Shown here: positions 32,930 to 34,088 of the stretch, one piece after another | How positions within the stretch are numbered: the stretch's first letter is position 1 | Layout of the letters: every line of letters starts with the position of its first letter | Assembly (NCBI GenBank): GCA_009780625.1 | Contig: WQZR01000002.1 | Location: 1-34,088 of the forward strand | Direction of reading: 5' to 3' | Length of the DNA: 34,088 nt | Origin: Bacillota bacterium | Lineage (GTDB): Bacteria > Bacillota > Clostridia > Christensenellales > UBA1242 | Position numbers and translations under genes: made by a program | Notes under the pieces: generated by a model | Told to the model about the DNA's origin: nothing | Databases searched by the model: none | What the model saw: only the letters and a program-made list of their open reading frames with translations

Positions 32930-33343
32930 ATGAAAGATTTAAGAAAAAAAGTTGTAAAAAACGAATTTGAAGAATTGGCTTGCCAGATTAAACTTTGGGG
33001 GCAAGAGACAGACTTTGTTGTATATCTAGATGAAGAAGATGGGTGCGGAAAAGACATCTATTTTGAGTTGATTGAAGAACGTCTAGAATTTGTTGAAGGC
33101 AACAAGGGAATGCTGATTGAAGCAATGCTTGATGCAGTTTTTGAAGAGCGTGTGGACAAAACAAAAACAAGAGACGATTTCAAAAAAGATTTGTCGATTA
33201 TGGGTGCCTTTGTTGAAGCAGGGTTTGAAGATTATTTAGACATAAGCTTCACATTGCCTCCAGAATATTATGGAGAAGAGACATATATCGATGTTTGCGT
33301 GAACGAAGATAATGAAATCGAGAGCATTTCAGTAGAAAGTTAG
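32930..33343 (+). CDS. hypothetical acidic protein
   Basis: 137 aa, Glu/Asp-rich, starting 2 nt after the CYTH stop. No motif recognised. Confidence 0.55.
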   Translation: MKDLRKKVVKNEFEELACQIKLWGQETDFVVYLDEEDGCGKDIYFELIEERLEFVEGNKGMLIEAMLDAVFEERVDKTKTRDDFKKDLSIMGAFVEAGFEDYLDISFTLPPEYYGEETYIDVCVNEDNEIESISVES

Positions 33344-33348
33344 ATTTT

Positions 33349-33380
33349 AAAACCCCGCCGTAAAAGCGGGGTTTTGATTT
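33349..33380 (+). terminator. intrinsic terminator
   Basis: aaaaccccgc-cgtaaaa-gcggggtttt followed by gatttt. Confidence 0.8.
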
Positions 33381-33483
33381 TAGAAAAGAGGGGTTGAAAT
33401 ATTATAATTTAGATAGACAAAGAGCAGTCTTTTTTGGTATCGGTTGGAGAGTGGAATGTCAATATGAAGGGGGATTTTGAAAT

Positions 33484-34088
33484 ATGCGAAATATTCTGAA
33501 ACGGTTTTCGAAAAGAATAATAATCAGCAGTGTTTTTCTTATAGCCATCCCTCTACTTTTTGCAGGATTTTTGATTTCAAACTTCCGTAGCGACCTCTCG
33601 CACCAAAACATCATGTCTACCCAAGCCAGTGCAGCAACAGTGACGTTGACGATTGAGAACGGGATTGGTGGAACAATTAGACAGATTGTGTTGGACGCAG
33701 GAACTAGTATTAACCAATCTGCAGAATTGAATGTAATAGATGCAGTGCAAGCAGGACACTTTTTCAATGGCTGGAGAGTTCCAAGCATTGCACCGTTTCC
33801 AGTGACAACCTGGGAAATAAATAATAGGGTGTGGAACACAGATACAACCATAATTGCAACATGGGGAGTTTTGAACCCAACAACAATTAGGTTTGAAGAC
33901 GGGTTTGGAGCACCAACCTCAGCAAGAACAATTTCAAGAGGACAGTCAATTGACACAACATATAACGTTGCAAAGATTGCCGAGCCCGTATATCCAGGTC
34001 ATACGTTTGCAGGATGGAAATCAGATTTATGGTCTGGACTTAGAACATCTAAGCAAGTTGAAGCAATGCACTTTAGTTCAGGCATGAC
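33484..34088 (+). CDS. surface protein with N-terminal membrane anchor and Listeria-Bacteroides-type repeats; 3'-truncated by the window edge
   Basis: Not in the ORF track because there is no stop before the window end. ATG 33484 follows GGGGGA. Translation MRNILKRFSKRIIISSVFLIAIPLLFAGFLI... is stop-free for 201 codons. GHFFNGW and GHTFAGW match the G-x-F-x-GW repeat signature. Confidence 0.7.
   Translation, partial: MRNILKRFSKRIIISSVFLIAIPLLFAGFLISNFRSDLSHQNIMSTQASAATVTLTIENGIGGTIRQIVLDAGTSINQSAELNVIDAVQAGHFFNGWRVPSIAPFPVTTWEINNRVWNTDTTIIATWGVLNPTTIRFEDGFGAPTSARTISRGQSIDTTYNVAKIAEPVYPGHTFAGWKSDLWSGLRTSKQVEAMHFSSGM

Noticed and set aside
33893-34087. Plus-strand 64-aa ORF in frame 2 at the window end.
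   Set aside because: It is out of frame with the longer stop-free frame-1 ORF from 33484, which has a signal anchor and repeat motifs.

Overview
Chromosomal segment of a low-GC, endospore-forming Firmicute: spoIIAA-spoIIAB-sigF and spoVAD-AE-AC are both present. Bases 1-17.7 kb and 32.3-34.1 kb look like core genome. They carry an M24 peptidase, acetate kinase, two tandem GNAT paralogues, the two sporulation operons, a cysteine desulfurase, an SDR, a class A PBP, ThiI, a CYTH protein and a surface-repeat protein. Bases ~17.8-32.3 kb look like an accessory/defence island that is AT-richer by eye and abuts the 3' end of an initiator tRNA-fMet gene. The island holds a small HEPN-like protein and a small PD-(D/E)XK-like protein, an HTH-Fic protein behind a 4-copy operator, and an uncharacterised two-gene operon (winged-helix proteins, the second ending in a PLD-fold/MIT_C-like HDR module) with its own repeat-decorated promoter. 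It also holds a translationally coupled C5-methyltransferase / GHKL-ATPase / Z1 / PD-(D/E)XK operon, an orphan rolling-circle Rep gene and an MmeI-like single-chain type IIL R-M enzyme. I saw no rRNA, CRISPR array, transposase or integrase. Window-wide signal: at least 11 genes have a (TGn)TATAAT-type -10 box ending 5-8 nt before the ATG with no room for a Shine-Dalgarno, which implies leaderless mRNAs; most island genes instead have classical AGGAG sites. The initiator tRNA also lacks two of the three conserved G:C pairs in its anticodon stem. Best candidates for an undescribed system are the two-gene operon at 20.3-22.1 kb and the methyltransferase-linked GHKL/Z1/PD-(D/E)XK operon at 22.2-28.1 kb. 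All functional calls rest on motifs read by eye; no database search was possible.
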